NCBI GenBank assembly: GCA_965216565.1 | Contig: OZ244170.1 | Location: 3,232,001-3,296,000, forward strand | Direction: 5' to 3' | DNA: 64,000 bases | Source: Bythopirellula sp. | GTDB taxonomy: Bacteria; Planctomycetota; Planctomycetia; Pirellulales; Lacipirellulaceae | Shown: piece by piece, positions 28,053 through 38,378 of the stretch | How positions within the stretch are numbered: the first letter of the stretch is position 1 | Layout of the letters: the number at the start of each line of letters is the position of its first letter | Program-made: the position numbers and the translations under genes | The notes under the pieces: generated by a model | Databases searched by the model: none | Told to the model about the DNA's origin: nothing | The model's input: only the letters and a program-made list of their open reading frames with translations

Positions 28053-30251
28053 ATGTCCAAACGCAAAAATCTCGCCCAATCCTTGGCCAAGTCGATCATG
28101 CCAGCTGCGCACATGACTTGGGCATCGCAAAGTGTTTCGAAGAACTTCGTTCGCACACGCGAGTTCCTCAGTCGTCGCCTTTGGATCTGGCCAATCATTG
28201 CCGTTCTCGTGCTACTGCTTCTGGGCTGGAGCGTACACGATTCCATTGAAAGTACTATGCGGGAGAATCTACGCTCGCAACTGCAGACGCTCAACGATGT
28301 AGAAGTTGCTATGCTCCGCACCTGGCTGAGCTCGCACAAAAACAATGCCAAGAGTGTGGCTAGCGATAGCGACGTCCGAGAACTGGTGCAGGCTTTGCTT
28401 GAAGAAGATCCAGCACACGATCACGAAGGGCATAAAGAGGAGATCGCAGCTCAACTCACGCAACAGTTGCGACCAGCTCTTAGCTCCCACGATTACGTCT
28501 CCTACTTTATCGGCACCAAAGTCGATTTGATCGCCTCAGATCGCGACGATGCGGTTGGGCTGAAAATCCCCTTCGAGTTTCGTGATCTCACAACTAGAGT
28601 CTTCGAGGGACATACCACGGTAACACCACCCTTTCCTGGCATTTTGCCTTACACAGATCTGGACGGGATTAAGCGTACCGGTGTGCCAATGATGTTCGTT
28701 GTCACTCCATTGCTCGATCGACACTTGCAAGTTGTGGCAACGTTAGGCATGCAAATCCGACCCGAGCGAGAATTCACAAGAATCTTACAGCTCGGCCAAA
28801 TTGGCGAATCTGGTGAAACATTCGCTTTCAATCGAGAAGGCTTGATGCTCTCGAATAGTCGATTTACAGACGACCTGATTTTGCTTGGCATATTGCCAGA
28901 CGAAGAGAATGCCCGCTCGATTCTCAAGCTACAGATACGTGACCCAGGCGGAGACATGACCCAAGGGTTTCGCCCACAAGTGCGCCGCTCCGAACTTCCC
29001 CTCACAAGAATGGCAGAAACCGCCATTGCTGGTCAGAACGGCACCGACGTGGATGGTTACCGCGATTATCGGGGCGTGTTGGTCACAGGCGCGTGGACAT
29101 GGCTCGAGGAGTACGGCTTTGGCGTCGCTACGGAAATCGATCACCAAGAGGCCTACAGGCCTCTGATCATACTGAAACGAACGTTCTGGATGCTTCTGGC
29201 GCTACTGGCTGCTAGTTCGCTTGCTATCTTTATGTTCACAATTCGCGTGGCTCGACTCCAGGAGAAGGCTCGCGAGGCGGCCATCGAGGCCAAACAACTC
29301 GGGCAATACAAATTGGAAGAGCAACTCGGTGAAGGCGCCATGGGTGTCGTCTATCGGGGACGACATGCCATGCTCCGCAGGCCCACGGCAATCAAACTTC
29401 TGAATGCCGATCGAGTGAACGATATCTCAATTGCAAGATTCGAGCGCGAAGTTCAAATCACAAGCAATCTGAATCACCCGAACACGGTAGCCATCTACGA
29501 TTATGGCCGAACGCCCGAAGGAATCTTCTATTATGCGATGGAATTCCTCGACGGCATCGATCTACAGCAACTCATTGACAAATACGGCCCACAACCGGCG
29601 GGACGCGTTATCTTTATCTTACAGCAGATTTGCGGGTCGCTGTACGAGGCGCATTCCACGGGACTCGTACATCGCGATATCAAACCGGCCAATATCATGA
29701 TCAATCGCCGCGGTGGCGAAGGCGATGTGGTAAAAGTGCTCGACTTCGGTTTAGTCAAAGCGCGCAGCGAACAGATAGGAGCGAACGATCCCGGTACTGA
29801 TTCGATGGCGGGCACGCCACTTTACATGTCACCCGAATCCATCCAACTCCCTGGATCCGTTGACGCCTGTAGCGATATCTATGCGGTCGGTGCCGTTGGC
29901 TACTATCTGCTGACAGGCCACCCTGTGTTTGAGGCCGAGACGCTCTCAAAACTTTGCCAGCTTCATATTTCCGAACCACCACAGCCGCCGTCGGAACGTT
30001 TGGGAACTGCGGTTCCGACGGAATTAGAGCAGGCCATTCTCAACTGTTTGGAAAAAAATCGCTCGAAGAGGCCACAGACCTCGCGAGACTTGGCCACTAT
30101 GCTTTCGCAGTGCCCGGCAGCCTCGGATTGGTCGCTGGATAAAGCCGACATCTGGTGGAGTCAGCACGAGCGGGGACAACTTCCCGAGGGTAGCTCCTCG
30201 AGTACCTCCCCCAGCGGTTACGATGCGACAATCGATCACGGCCAGGAATAA
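28053..30251 (+). CDS. Membrane Ser/Thr kinase with an N-terminal extracytoplasmic Cache-like domain
   Basis: TM1, 'IGESGETFAFNREGLMLSNSRF', 'YRDYRGVLVTGAW', TM2, then 'LGEGAMGVVY', 'HRDIKPAN', 'DFG', 'YMSPE'. Confidence 0.9.
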   Translation: MSKRKNLAQSLAKSIMPAAHMTWASQSVSKNFVRTREFLSRRLWIWPIIAVLVLLLLGWSVHDSIESTMRENLRSQLQTLNDVEVAMLRTWLSSHKNNAKSVASDSDVRELVQALLEEDPAHDHEGHKEEIAAQLTQQLRPALSSHDYVSYFIGTKVDLIASDRDDAVGLKIPFEFRDLTTRVFEGHTTVTPPFPGILPYTDLDGIKRTGVPMMFVVTPLLDRHLQVVATLGMQIRPEREFTRILQLGQIGESGETFAFNREGLMLSNSRFTDDLILLGILPDEENARSILKLQIRDPGGDMTQGFRPQVRRSELPLTRMAETAIAGQNGTDVDGYRDYRGVLVTGAWTWLEEYGFGVATEIDHQEAYRPLIILKRTFWMLLALLAASSLAIFMFTIRVARLQEKAREAAIEAKQLGQYKLEEQLGEGAMGVVYRGRHAMLRRPTAIKLLNADRVNDISIARFEREVQITSNLNHPNTVAIYDYGRTPEGIFYYAMEFLDGIDLQQLIDKYGPQPAGRVIFILQQICGSLYEAHSTGLVHRDIKPANIMINRRGGEGDVVKVLDFGLVKARSEQIGANDPGTDSMAGTPLYMSPESIQLPGSVDACSDIYAVGAVGYYLLTGHPVFEAETLSKLCQLHISEPPQPPSERLGTAVPTELEQAILNCLEKNRSKRPQTSRDLATMLSQCPAASDWSLDKADIWWSQHERGQLPEGSSSSTSPSGYDATIDHGQE

Positions 30252-30368
30252 GCGGCTACGGTTGCCCTCGCGGCACTATCTCTTGACGCTTCCTCGATTC
30301 TTCTGCGAACCTGTTCTCTGTGGCAAGCCTCTAGGATAGAAATTAGCTATCACAGCCAGGAGTCTTTC

Positions 30369-30932
30369 ATGGAAACGGCAGAACGGAACGCGACGCAAGA
30401 CGAATTGGATGCAGCCACCGAGCATGTGCTCGCCAGCCCCAAAGAGAAGTCTGTCCTCCAAATAATCGTTGTCCGACCCAAAGCCAACGAGCGGCAAACT
30501 CTCGAACGCGCGGAGCTCTCACCCTCCGGGGGAATTGCCGGCGACCGCTGGTCGGTAGACCACTGGGAACACCTGCCCGATGGCTCACCGCATCCGCAAT
30601 CGCAAGTATCTTTGATGAATTACCGCGTTCTCGAGTTGATTGCGGGGAACTCCGCCGCCATGCCCCTAGCCGGGGACAATTTGATTTTCGACTTGGATCT
30701 AAGCGAGGAGAATCTGCCTGCTGGTAGTCGCCTGAATATCGGCAGCCAAGTTATCCTCGAACTCACTGCGGTGCCGCACACCGGTTGCGGTAAGTTTCAA
30801 AAGCGTTACGGCAAAGCTGCCCGCGAATTCGTCAATGGTGATCTAGGCTCGAAGCATAGCTTGCGCGGCCGCATGGCGACGATCGTTCAAGCGGGGACCA
30901 TTGCCGTGGGAGATTCGATCGAAAAAGTCTAG
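30369..30932 (+). CDS. MOSC domain protein
   Basis: 'GGIAGDRW', 'QVSLM', 'AGDNL', 'PHTGCGKF', 'LRG...GTIAVGD'. Confidence 0.85.
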   Translation: METAERNATQDELDAATEHVLASPKEKSVLQIIVVRPKANERQTLERAELSPSGGIAGDRWSVDHWEHLPDGSPHPQSQVSLMNYRVLELIAGNSAAMPLAGDNLIFDLDLSEENLPAGSRLNIGSQVILELTAVPHTGCGKFQKRYGKAAREFVNGDLGSKHSLRGRMATIVQAGTIAVGDSIEKV

Positions 30933-31783
30933 CTCGTGATCGCCCCCGTGCGCGTCTGACACTTCTGGCAAAAGAATGTCGAACGCTGCGTCTGTACGAT
31001 CCGCTTGATCTTGCCCGACGCACAACGGGGACAAGATTCATCGACGCGGTTGTAAACGCGATGCTCGTTCTGGTAGCTACCTTGTTGATTGAGAGCATTG
31101 CGATAGGTGCCGTCGCCTAGAGTGGAGCCTTCGTAGCGAATCGCTTCGGCGAGCACGGCCCGTGTGGCGACGGCCACCGCTTCCCATTGATCGCTGCTCA
31201 TCGCGCGGCAACGCCGCTGAGGATGGATGCCGGCTACATGCAAGATTTCGGAGGCATAAAGATTGCCAATGCCGGCGACCGCCCGCTGATCGAGTAGGGC
31301 GGGTTTGATCTCCCGAGCAGAGCGGCCCAACTTCTGGCGCAAATCTTCCGCCGTGATTGTCAGTGCATCGGGACCCAGTGAGTTCGGACCAAATGCCATT
31401 TCAAATTCCTGTTCGGAATAGAGGCGAACATTGCCGAGCCCGCGGCGGTCCCAATAGTAGATCTCAGGCACTTCGCCGCTATCTAGCTCTAGCCGCCAGC
31501 GGAGATGTTCGTTGGAAGGAGGATCCACCAGCAAAACAAGCCCGGTCATTCGCGGTTCGATGACAATGGCATCGTCGGAATTGAGCCAAATGACAACGCG
31601 TTTCCCGGCGCGGCCCAGTTCTCGTATCGTGGCCCCCTGCACCCGACGACGGAACTGAGCGATCCCGGGACGAATAGCGATCGGCTTTCGAGTACAACGC
31701 AGCTTGGAAACGTTCACAATCTGGCTGCCCACCGCACCGGCGATCCCTCGGCGCATAGTTTCAACTTCTGGCAATTCAGGCAT
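30929..31783 (-). CDS. mutM: Formamidopyrimidine-DNA glycosylase
   Basis: N-terminal 'MPELPEVET', H2TH 'LLDQRAVAGIGNLYASE', and a C-terminal zinc finger. Confidence 0.95.
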   Translation of the reverse strand: MPELPEVETMRRGIAGAVGSQIVNVSKLRCTRKPIAIRPGIAQFRRRVQGATIRELGRAGKRVVIWLNSDDAIVIEPRMTGLVLLVDPPSNEHLRWRLELDSGEVPEIYYWDRRGLGNVRLYSEQEFEMAFGPNSLGPDALTITAEDLRQKLGRSAREIKPALLDQRAVAGIGNLYASEILHVAGIHPQRRCRAMSSDQWEAVAVATRAVLAEAIRYEGSTLGDGTYRNALNQQGSYQNEHRVYNRVDESCPRCASGKIKRIVQTQRSTFFCQKCQTRTGAITS

Positions 31784-31789
31784 AGAACA

Positions 31790-31864
31790 AAGTTTGAAGG
31801 ATGAAGTTTGATCTTTGAAGTCCTAATCTGACTTGTCGTATCCCACTTCAACCTTCAAACTTCA
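31790..31864. repeat. Inverted arrays of 7-bp tandem repeats
   Basis: aagtttg-aaggatg-aagtttg-atctttg-aagt (31790-31821) faces cacttca-accttca-aacttca (31844-31864); 17/18 reverse-complement match. Confidence 0.7.
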
Positions 31865-31938
31865 ACGATCATACTTCCCTGCCCTTGACCAGTGGTTAGC
31901 ACCGAGGGGAGAATTGAGAGTTCACACCAGGAGCCTTT

Positions 31939-33159
31939 ATGTCGACAGCACCAAAACCAGCGAGCAGCCAAGTCCCCGACGATGCGGGACGCTTCGGTGA
32001 TTTCGGTGGCCGATACGTACCGGAAACGCTGGTACATGCGCTCGATTTGCTGGCCCAGCAGTATGACGAGGCCCGCGGCGACAAAGATTTTCAAGCGGAA
32101 CTGGACGACCTGCTGAAGAACTACGTGGGGCGACCCTCGCCACTCTACTTTGCGAAACGTCTAACAGAGCATTGCGGTGGTGCGGAAATCTGGCTGAAAC
32201 GGGAAGATCTGAATCACACCGGTGCCCACAAGATCAACAACACCCTCGGCCAGGCACTACTCACGATGCGAATGGGCAAACAGCGGGTGATTGCCGAAAC
32301 GGGTGCCGGCCAACACGGTGTGGCCACCGCCACCGCCTGTGCCCACTTTGGCCTTGATTGCATCGTTTACATGGGCGAAGAAGATATCCGCCGTCAGGCT
32401 CCTAACGTTTTTAGTATGAAGCTGCTGGGTGCGGAAGTCCGACCAGTCACCAGCGGTTCGCGTACTTTGCGCGATGCCATCAACGAAGCGATGCGCGACT
32501 GGATGGGTAGTGTCGATTCCACGCATTACATTCTTGGATCTGTGGTAGGACCCCATCCCTTTCCGCGTATTGTTCGTGATTTCCAATCCGTGATCGGTCG
32601 CGAAACAATCGAGCAGTCGCAAAACCAGCTTGGCAAACTGCCCGAAGTCGTGGTGGCGTGCGTCGGTGGGGGCAGTAATGCCGCGGGAATGTTTTATCCG
32701 TTTGTGGAACATAGCGGGGTTAGCCTCGTAGGAGTTGAGGCTGGTGGTCGCGGCAATCAGCCGGGAGATCATGCGTCGCCGCTTACCTATGGTAGTCCTG
32801 GTGTCTTGCACGGTAGTTTTAGCTTTGTCATGCAAGATGACGACGGGCAGACCTGCGATGTCCACTCGATGTCCGCAGGTCTCGACTATCCCGGCGTGGG
32901 CCCCGAGCATAGTTACTGGAAACAGTCAGAACGCGTCGAGTATACGAGCTGTACCGATGGCGATGCGATGCACGCCTTCGACACCTTGGCCCAGCAGGAA
33001 GGTATTCTGGCTGCGCTTGAATCTTCGCATGCTCTCGCCGAGGGCATGAAACAGGCCAGCAATCTATCCTCCGACAAACGAGTCGTGGTCTGCTTATCGG
33101 GACGCGGGGATAAAGATGCTTCTGAGATTGCCAGGCTGAAAGGAGAGGATTTCGGTTAG
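31939..33159 (+). CDS. trpB: Tryptophan synthase beta chain
   Basis: '[15 protein letters not shown]', 'AETGAGQHG', 'GGGSNA', '[13 protein letters not shown]', 'LSGRGDKD'. Confidence 0.98.
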   Translation: MSTAPKPASSQVPDDAGRFGDFGGRYVPETLVHALDLLAQQYDEARGDKDFQAELDDLLKNYVGRPSPLYFAKRLTEHCGGAEIWLKREDLNHTGAHKINNTLGQALLTMRMGKQRVIAETGAGQHGVATATACAHFGLDCIVYMGEEDIRRQAPNVFSMKLLGAEVRPVTSGSRTLRDAINEAMRDWMGSVDSTHYILGSVVGPHPFPRIVRDFQSVIGRETIEQSQNQLGKLPEVVVACVGGGSNAAGMFYPFVEHSGVSLVGVEAGGRGNQPGDHASPLTYGSPGVLHGSFSFVMQDDDGQTCDVHSMSAGLDYPGVGPEHSYWKQSERVEYTSCTDGDAMHAFDTLAQQEGILAALESSHALAEGMKQASNLSSDKRVVVCLSGRGDKDASEIARLKGEDFG

Positions 33160-33187
33160 GTGACATTCACTAGCTGAAACGATCCAC

Positions 33188-33994
33188 ATGTCCGCAATCG
33201 ACGATCTCTTCACTAAGTTGCGTGCCGAGGGGCGCAAAGCACTGATGCCCTTCGTGACCGCAGGCGATCCCGACGTTGACTTCACAGCCGCAGTGCTCCG
33301 TGAACTCGTCGCGCGAGGTGCCTCGATGTGCGAGGTCGGCATCCCTTACAGCGACCCCATTGCCGATGGCCCGGTCATTCAAGCGTCTTACACCCGCGCA
33401 TTGAACAACAAAATAAAACTGGAAGCGATTCTAGAAACTCTCGGGCAAGTAGCACCCGATTTGGCCGCCCCCATAGTCACCATGGTTAGTTATGCCATCG
33501 TCTATCGACACGGTGCGGAGAAATATGCCGATGCACTTGTGAAGCGCGGCGTCTCGGGAATGATTGTGCCCGACCTTCCCACTGAGGAGTCTTCACTACT
33601 GGCAAAGATTTGTGAATCGCGTGATCTAAGCCTGATTCAGTTGATTACGCCGACGACCCCCAACGACCGCGCATTGAGAATTGCCGAGACCTCTAGCGGA
33701 TTTATTTACTACGTATCTGTAGCAGGCATCACCGGCGAACGAACTGCCCTGCCCCCCGGATTAACAGACCGTGTTGAATTGCTACGCGAGCAAACACCGC
33801 TACCGGTGTGTATCGGTTTTGGCATCAGCCAACCAGATCACGTCAAGATGCTGGCACCGGTGGCAGATGGTTTAATTGTGGGCTCGGCCATTGTTCGCCG
33901 CATCTCCGAAGCGGAATCCACCAGCCGCCAGGCCTCTCTTTCCGCTGTTGGGGACTACGTGTCCTCATTAGTTGAAGCACTCGAAAATGTCTAG
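33188..33994 (+). CDS. trpA: Tryptophan synthase alpha chain
   Basis: 'EVGIPYSDPIADGPVIQ', 'FIYYVSVAGITG', 'GFGIS', 'ADGLIVGSA'. Confidence 0.97.
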   Translation: MSAIDDLFTKLRAEGRKALMPFVTAGDPDVDFTAAVLRELVARGASMCEVGIPYSDPIADGPVIQASYTRALNNKIKLEAILETLGQVAPDLAAPIVTMVSYAIVYRHGAEKYADALVKRGVSGMIVPDLPTEESSLLAKICESRDLSLIQLITPTTPNDRALRIAETSSGFIYYVSVAGITGERTALPPGLTDRVELLREQTPLPVCIGFGISQPDHVKMLAPVADGLIVGSAIVRRISEAESTSRQASLSAVGDYVSSLVEALENV

Positions 33995-34185
33995 TCGCGG
34001 CGTTTTTTGCTCACGAACTGACTAATCTTGCGTCGAAAATTAGTGTTAGGGCATAATCGGTGCACTTAATTTGACCTGTTTGAAAATAGCAGAGTAAAAT
34101 TGAGTAGGTTGAGTCGCGCGAACCGCATTGGCTTTTCTACTTCCGACTTCGCGCGATGCGACCACCACCACACAGGAGGTCGCCT

Positions 34186-34719
34186 ATGAAAGCGAAAGAT
34201 CCTCAAAGCGATTTGCTACTCCGGTTTTTTGCCGGCATGACAGAGTACACCTTCAATTCGCGACTTGGTGTTGCCGATCCACCTTTAGTAGATTATCTCT
34301 CGGAAATGCTTGCCGATTTTGTGCGGACTGACGCCATCTATGGCCTTCGCACGCCCACGGGCGAACGCCTATCACAGGTTTCCGATATGCTCAGCGAAGC
34401 CGAGGCACGCCAGGGATCTGCACGACGACGCGTGCATCGCCATATCGGCGACTATACCTTGTTTTGGAGCGGAGTCTATCCCGAGATCGCCGAGCGCTTT
34501 CGTGAAGGTCGCAAAGATAGCCTGATCGACTACCAAGACCAGGGCAAACGCAACTACTTGTTGGCAAGTCGATTGCCCGCCGATACGAAGTCGGCTCCGG
34601 ACGAAATCCTCGAGCGTCTCAGCAATCGCTTCGACCTATGCGTCTACGGCTTGGGCGAAGTCCGCAAACAATGGGAAGAACGCGAAGGCGAAAGCGACGT
34701 GCCTATATTGCTGGGCTGA
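34186..34719 (+). CDS. Conserved hypothetical protein
   Basis: AGGAGG RBS before the ATG at 34186; 'HRHIGDYTLFWSGVYPE...DYQDQGKRNY'. Confidence 0.8.
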   Translation: MKAKDPQSDLLLRFFAGMTEYTFNSRLGVADPPLVDYLSEMLADFVRTDAIYGLRTPTGERLSQVSDMLSEAEARQGSARRRVHRHIGDYTLFWSGVYPEIAERFREGRKDSLIDYQDQGKRNYLLASRLPADTKSAPDEILERLSNRFDLCVYGLGEVRKQWEEREGESDVPILLG

Positions 34720-34747
34720 GTCACAAAATGACTCCACCGTCAAAGTG

Positions 34748-35674
34748 TTATGTCACAAGGCCCTTCGTCACCATCATGAAGACGTCTTCCAGGGTCGGTT
34801 CTCGCTCGGCAAACGAGATCAATCCACAGTTGGCCGCCACCAATTGATTCAGCAGGCGCTGCACGTCGGCATCCGAACCTTTCATTTCTACGATGCAACC
34901 GCGGGAATTCTCGTCGACATTCGTCACACCAGGGTTGCTCCGCACCAGGCTGAACCCTTGCTTAGGATCGCCCGCAAAGCGTACCGCGATTTGACGATTG
35001 CTGGTAATCTTGCGATAGACTTTGTCGATCGGGCCATGCAACAAGAGTTGTCCCCGTTCGATAATGCCAATCGACGTACAGCAATCGGCAAGCTCCGTCA
35101 AAATATGGCTAGAAATCAAGATCGTCTTGCCCATATTGCGGAGTTCTTTAAGCAGTGCTTTCACTTCCAATCGCGCACGCGGATCAAGCCCGCTGGCTGG
35201 TTCGTCGAGAATCAGCACTGGTGGGTCGTGGACCAACGTTTTCGCTAGGCACAACCGCTGTTTCATACCGCGCGACAAGCCGTTCACAAAATCGTCGCGC
35301 TTATGCGTCAAATCTAGCAGCTCCAACACATCGGAAAGCACTTCCTTGCGACGTGCCCGAGGCACTTGGTAAGCGACAGCGAAGAAGTCGAGGAACTCCC
35401 ACACCTTCATTCCATCGTAGACGCCAAAGTTATCGGGCATGTAGCCGATACTTCGCCGCACGCTGATCGGATCTTGAGTCACGCTATGTCCGTTAACTCT
35501 CCCCTCTCCATGCGTGGCCTTTAGTAGCGTGGCCAAGAAACGAATGGTGGTACTCTTACCCGCGCCATTGGGCCCGATAAAACCGAACATTTCCCCCGCC
35601 GGAATCTTAAGATTCAGGTTCTCAACTGCCACGAAATCTCCGTAGCGTTTTCCAAAGTTTTGAATTTCAATCAT
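34748..35674 (-). CDS. ABC transporter ATP-binding protein (ABC-2/drug-exporter type)
   Basis: 'GPNGAGKST', 'LSRGMKQR', 'LILDEP', 'ISSH'. Confidence 0.95.
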   Translation of the reverse strand: MIEIQNFGKRYGDFVAVENLNLKIPAGEMFGFIGPNGAGKSTTIRFLATLLKATHGEGRVNGHSVTQDPISVRRSIGYMPDNFGVYDGMKVWEFLDFFAVAYQVPRARRKEVLSDVLELLDLTHKRDDFVNGLSRGMKQRLCLAKTLVHDPPVLILDEPASGLDPRARLEVKALLKELRNMGKTILISSHILTELADCCTSIGIIERGQLLLHGPIDKVYRKITSNRQIAVRFAGDPKQGFSLVRSNPGVTNVDENSRGCIVEMKGSDADVQRLLNQLVAANCGLISFAEREPTLEDVFMMVTKGLVT

Positions 35675-35717
35675 CGGCTATGTATGTCAGGAGTGGCTAT
35701 CTATCTAAGATACGTTT

Positions 35718-38255
35718 CTACGGGGTCTCATCGGAAAAGTCGTCGTCGAATAAAGTCGCCTTAGTGATTTTTACATCCTTACGGCTATTGGCATCGGGAT
35801 GAGCACGAGGCAGGTCGCCAAAACGCAGGTGGGCCACTACGATAGTTGCCCCTTGAACCTGCGATGCCGCGGGAGTCACTTCAACTCCAGGCATCAAACC
35901 GTCTATGCGACCCACCAACCGGTATTCTTCCCGTCGGGCATTGCGAGAATCTTCCGCTCCCGAGAACCTAAAAGCAAGACCCAGCAGCGTATCGACGTTC
36001 AACCGTTCGATTGAGGCAAACGGCGATTGGCTTCGCTCTTTCCTGTAAGGTATCGGATTTGCTTTGAAATCGTAGCCGGTCAGGCCCAATACTTCTGAGC
36101 TCCCATTGCGAAATTTGCCAATCCAAGTCGCCTGATAGGCCGCAGCCTCACCATCATCGGGGAAGTACTGTCTCACAATAGCGACATTGTGCAAATCGAT
36201 CCCCGAATGATTCTCAACTTGCAAATCGCCACGCGACGACTTACCGAGCTTGACCGAGCCCTCAAGTGGTATCATCTGTTCGCTGTGCACCATACGCGTT
36301 GAATTCGAAGAGATGGCCAACCCGTGTAAGGCTGGATTCTTCTGCCGCTCAAACGCCACTGCGTACTCTTGATCTCGAATTGCGGAATTGAGTTGCTCCT
36401 CACTCGCTGCCAGCGGAATCGCTACCGACTGCTCAATTTCGTATTCGGCGTCGTAAGTAGTAGATAGGGAGGAGTATAGGGCTGTGTATCGGCTCAGCAG
36501 CCCGCGGTCATGTTCGCCCTGCAATTCCAAAAGAGCGATTTCCGTTTGAGCGCGGACAAATCCAATGTCCAGCTGGGCCATCCGCACCACGCCATAAGTG
36601 CCTGCGATGGCAATCACAGGAGCAGCAATCCACGCCCATTCCACTCGTCCCAAGGCATGGAACACCATCCAGTTTAACGGCACCAGAATCACCAGATAAG
36701 CGCCCACGCACATCAGCACGAAGCCGGCCTTGGGCATTTCCACGCCGGCGGCATCCAAGAGCAAGTTGCGCATCGTATTGGCAACAGGACTAAACGTGTT
36801 CCATGCCCCCACACCACCTTCGCGATCCACCTTTAAGCTACGAGTTGTTTGCGATAAGCCAAAGGGAGTTTCATCTTTCACTTCCAAGCTTTCCATGTTG
36901 GCTTTGGCACCAGCATCACGGGCAAACATCCGGACACCCGTTATCCAATGCGCATCGAGTCGCTCCTCCGGATAATCTTGCCAATCAATCTGCATCCCGC
37001 CATACGGACCTTCGCTAAACACTCGACGTGGTCGTCCAAGTAAAGCCGAGTTGAGGAAGCTATCGAAGCCACCCCAATTGATAAAGTCGCGCTGCGTTAA
37101 TTGAAATGACGAAACGACTACACTCCCTCGACCCACGTTACACTCGTAAAACAGCCCACCCCCTCCGGCTAGTTCCCTCGCATTTTCTCGAGGAGTAAGT
37201 TCAACCCCTGAGAACGGTTTCACAGGCACCAGTGGCGGAATGATCTCCCCCGATTCCCGCTCTCCCCAGTAGGTTGACCAACTTCGCAAATCGTCGGATG
37301 TGATACTACGGGGTCCTCCACTATCGACGGGTAATGACGCATCTAGAAAGGAGCCTCGCAAGACTTCCAAGGAGTCGGGACCATTGATAATTAGTCGACC
37401 TCCCCAATGCAACCAATCGAGTAGCGCTGCCTGCTGATCGTCGGTGAGTTTGGTGGGATCGACCTCATCCCACACCAGCACTGCCACGCCTGTCCACTGA
37501 AAAGCACTTGGCGGCAGAGGCAACTCTCGCTTCGCATCGGTTAAGGCAACTCGATAGTGGGGCTCAGAAATAGCATCGTATTCTTCTTCCCATTCGCTAA
37601 GAACCGAGTCGGTTACTTTTAGAAAAGCATAACGGGAAGGCTCCGCGGCGAGTACCTGCAGAAAGTACTGATACGACGGCATCCTTACCAATTTGGGAAC
37701 TTGCTTGATTTGTCCGAGTCCACTGTCTCGATTCGTGAATTCCGCTAGCAGGCGCGTTGCCTGAGATCCTTGGGGCACAAATACTTCGCCGGCAATATTC
37801 TTCTCTCGCCCTTTAGCTAAGACGACGGGTCGCGAAATCTCAAACGTAAACTGAGTTTTCGGAATTCGAACTGGTTGCTGGTTATCGTCAACAAGAATCG
37901 TCGAGTGGTTCAGCACAAAATCTTGATAATTGGCCCTCATCCGCTGAACGGTTGGCATCCAATGCCCCGGCTTCACCAGCAACTTCGGCGTTGCCTCAGC
38001 CCCTTGCTCCTCGGCTAGCTCCTGACCAAACAAAGGCGTTAGGGCACTAAGTTCAATCTCCAGCTTCTTCTTTTTCTTTTCCTCTTCCTCTTTGGCTGGG
38101 GGATCTTCGTCAGTTGTGGACGTACACCCTTTGCAGCCCGCCGTTGTCACGATGGCCAGGCCTAATGCCAGGCAAAAAAATGACCGCAACGTACTACGAC
38201 AGATCTTGTCGACCTTTTGTGCAAGCGATGCTGGTGTTGATTGGGGGTTAGACAT
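35718..38255 (-). CDS. Large membrane-anchored hypothetical protein, probable ABC-associated accessory component
   Basis: N-terminal signal/lipobox-like 'TAGC'; a domain resembling class-I glutamine amidotransferase-like folds ('LLDWLHWGGRLII'); two TM helices; co-oriented with the ABC ATPase. Confidence 0.7.
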   Translation of the reverse strand: MSNPQSTPASLAQKVDKICRSTLRSFFCLALGLAIVTTAGCKGCTSTTDEDPPAKEEEEKKKKKLEIELSALTPLFGQELAEEQGAEATPKLLVKPGHWMPTVQRMRANYQDFVLNHSTILVDDNQQPVRIPKTQFTFEISRPVVLAKGREKNIAGEVFVPQGSQATRLLAEFTNRDSGLGQIKQVPKLVRMPSYQYFLQVLAAEPSRYAFLKVTDSVLSEWEEEYDAISEPHYRVALTDAKRELPLPPSAFQWTGVAVLVWDEVDPTKLTDDQQAALLDWLHWGGRLIINGPDSLEVLRGSFLDASLPVDSGGPRSITSDDLRSWSTYWGERESGEIIPPLVPVKPFSGVELTPRENARELAGGGGLFYECNVGRGSVVVSSFQLTQRDFINWGGFDSFLNSALLGRPRRVFSEGPYGGMQIDWQDYPEERLDAHWITGVRMFARDAGAKANMESLEVKDETPFGLSQTTRSLKVDREGGVGAWNTFSPVANTMRNLLLDAAGVEMPKAGFVLMCVGAYLVILVPLNWMVFHALGRVEWAWIAAPVIAIAGTYGVVRMAQLDIGFVRAQTEIALLELQGEHDRGLLSRYTALYSSLSTTYDAEYEIEQSVAIPLAASEEQLNSAIRDQEYAVAFERQKNPALHGLAISSNSTRMVHSEQMIPLEGSVKLGKSSRGDLQVENHSGIDLHNVAIVRQYFPDDGEAAAYQATWIGKFRNGSSEVLGLTGYDFKANPIPYRKERSQSPFASIERLNVDTLLGLAFRFSGAEDSRNARREEYRLVGRIDGLMPGVEVTPAASQVQGATIVVAHLRFGDLPRAHPDANSRKDVKITKATLFDDDFSDETP

Positions 38256-38378
38256 AAATCAAGAAGGAGAGCCTGACGCGATCAGCATTATTCATAGGCG
38301 AATAAGGAATTCGTATTATTCTAGCCGATTGTGGGTGCCGCGTAATGGTTCTCGCGCACATCTGCCCCAGGCTTTGCA

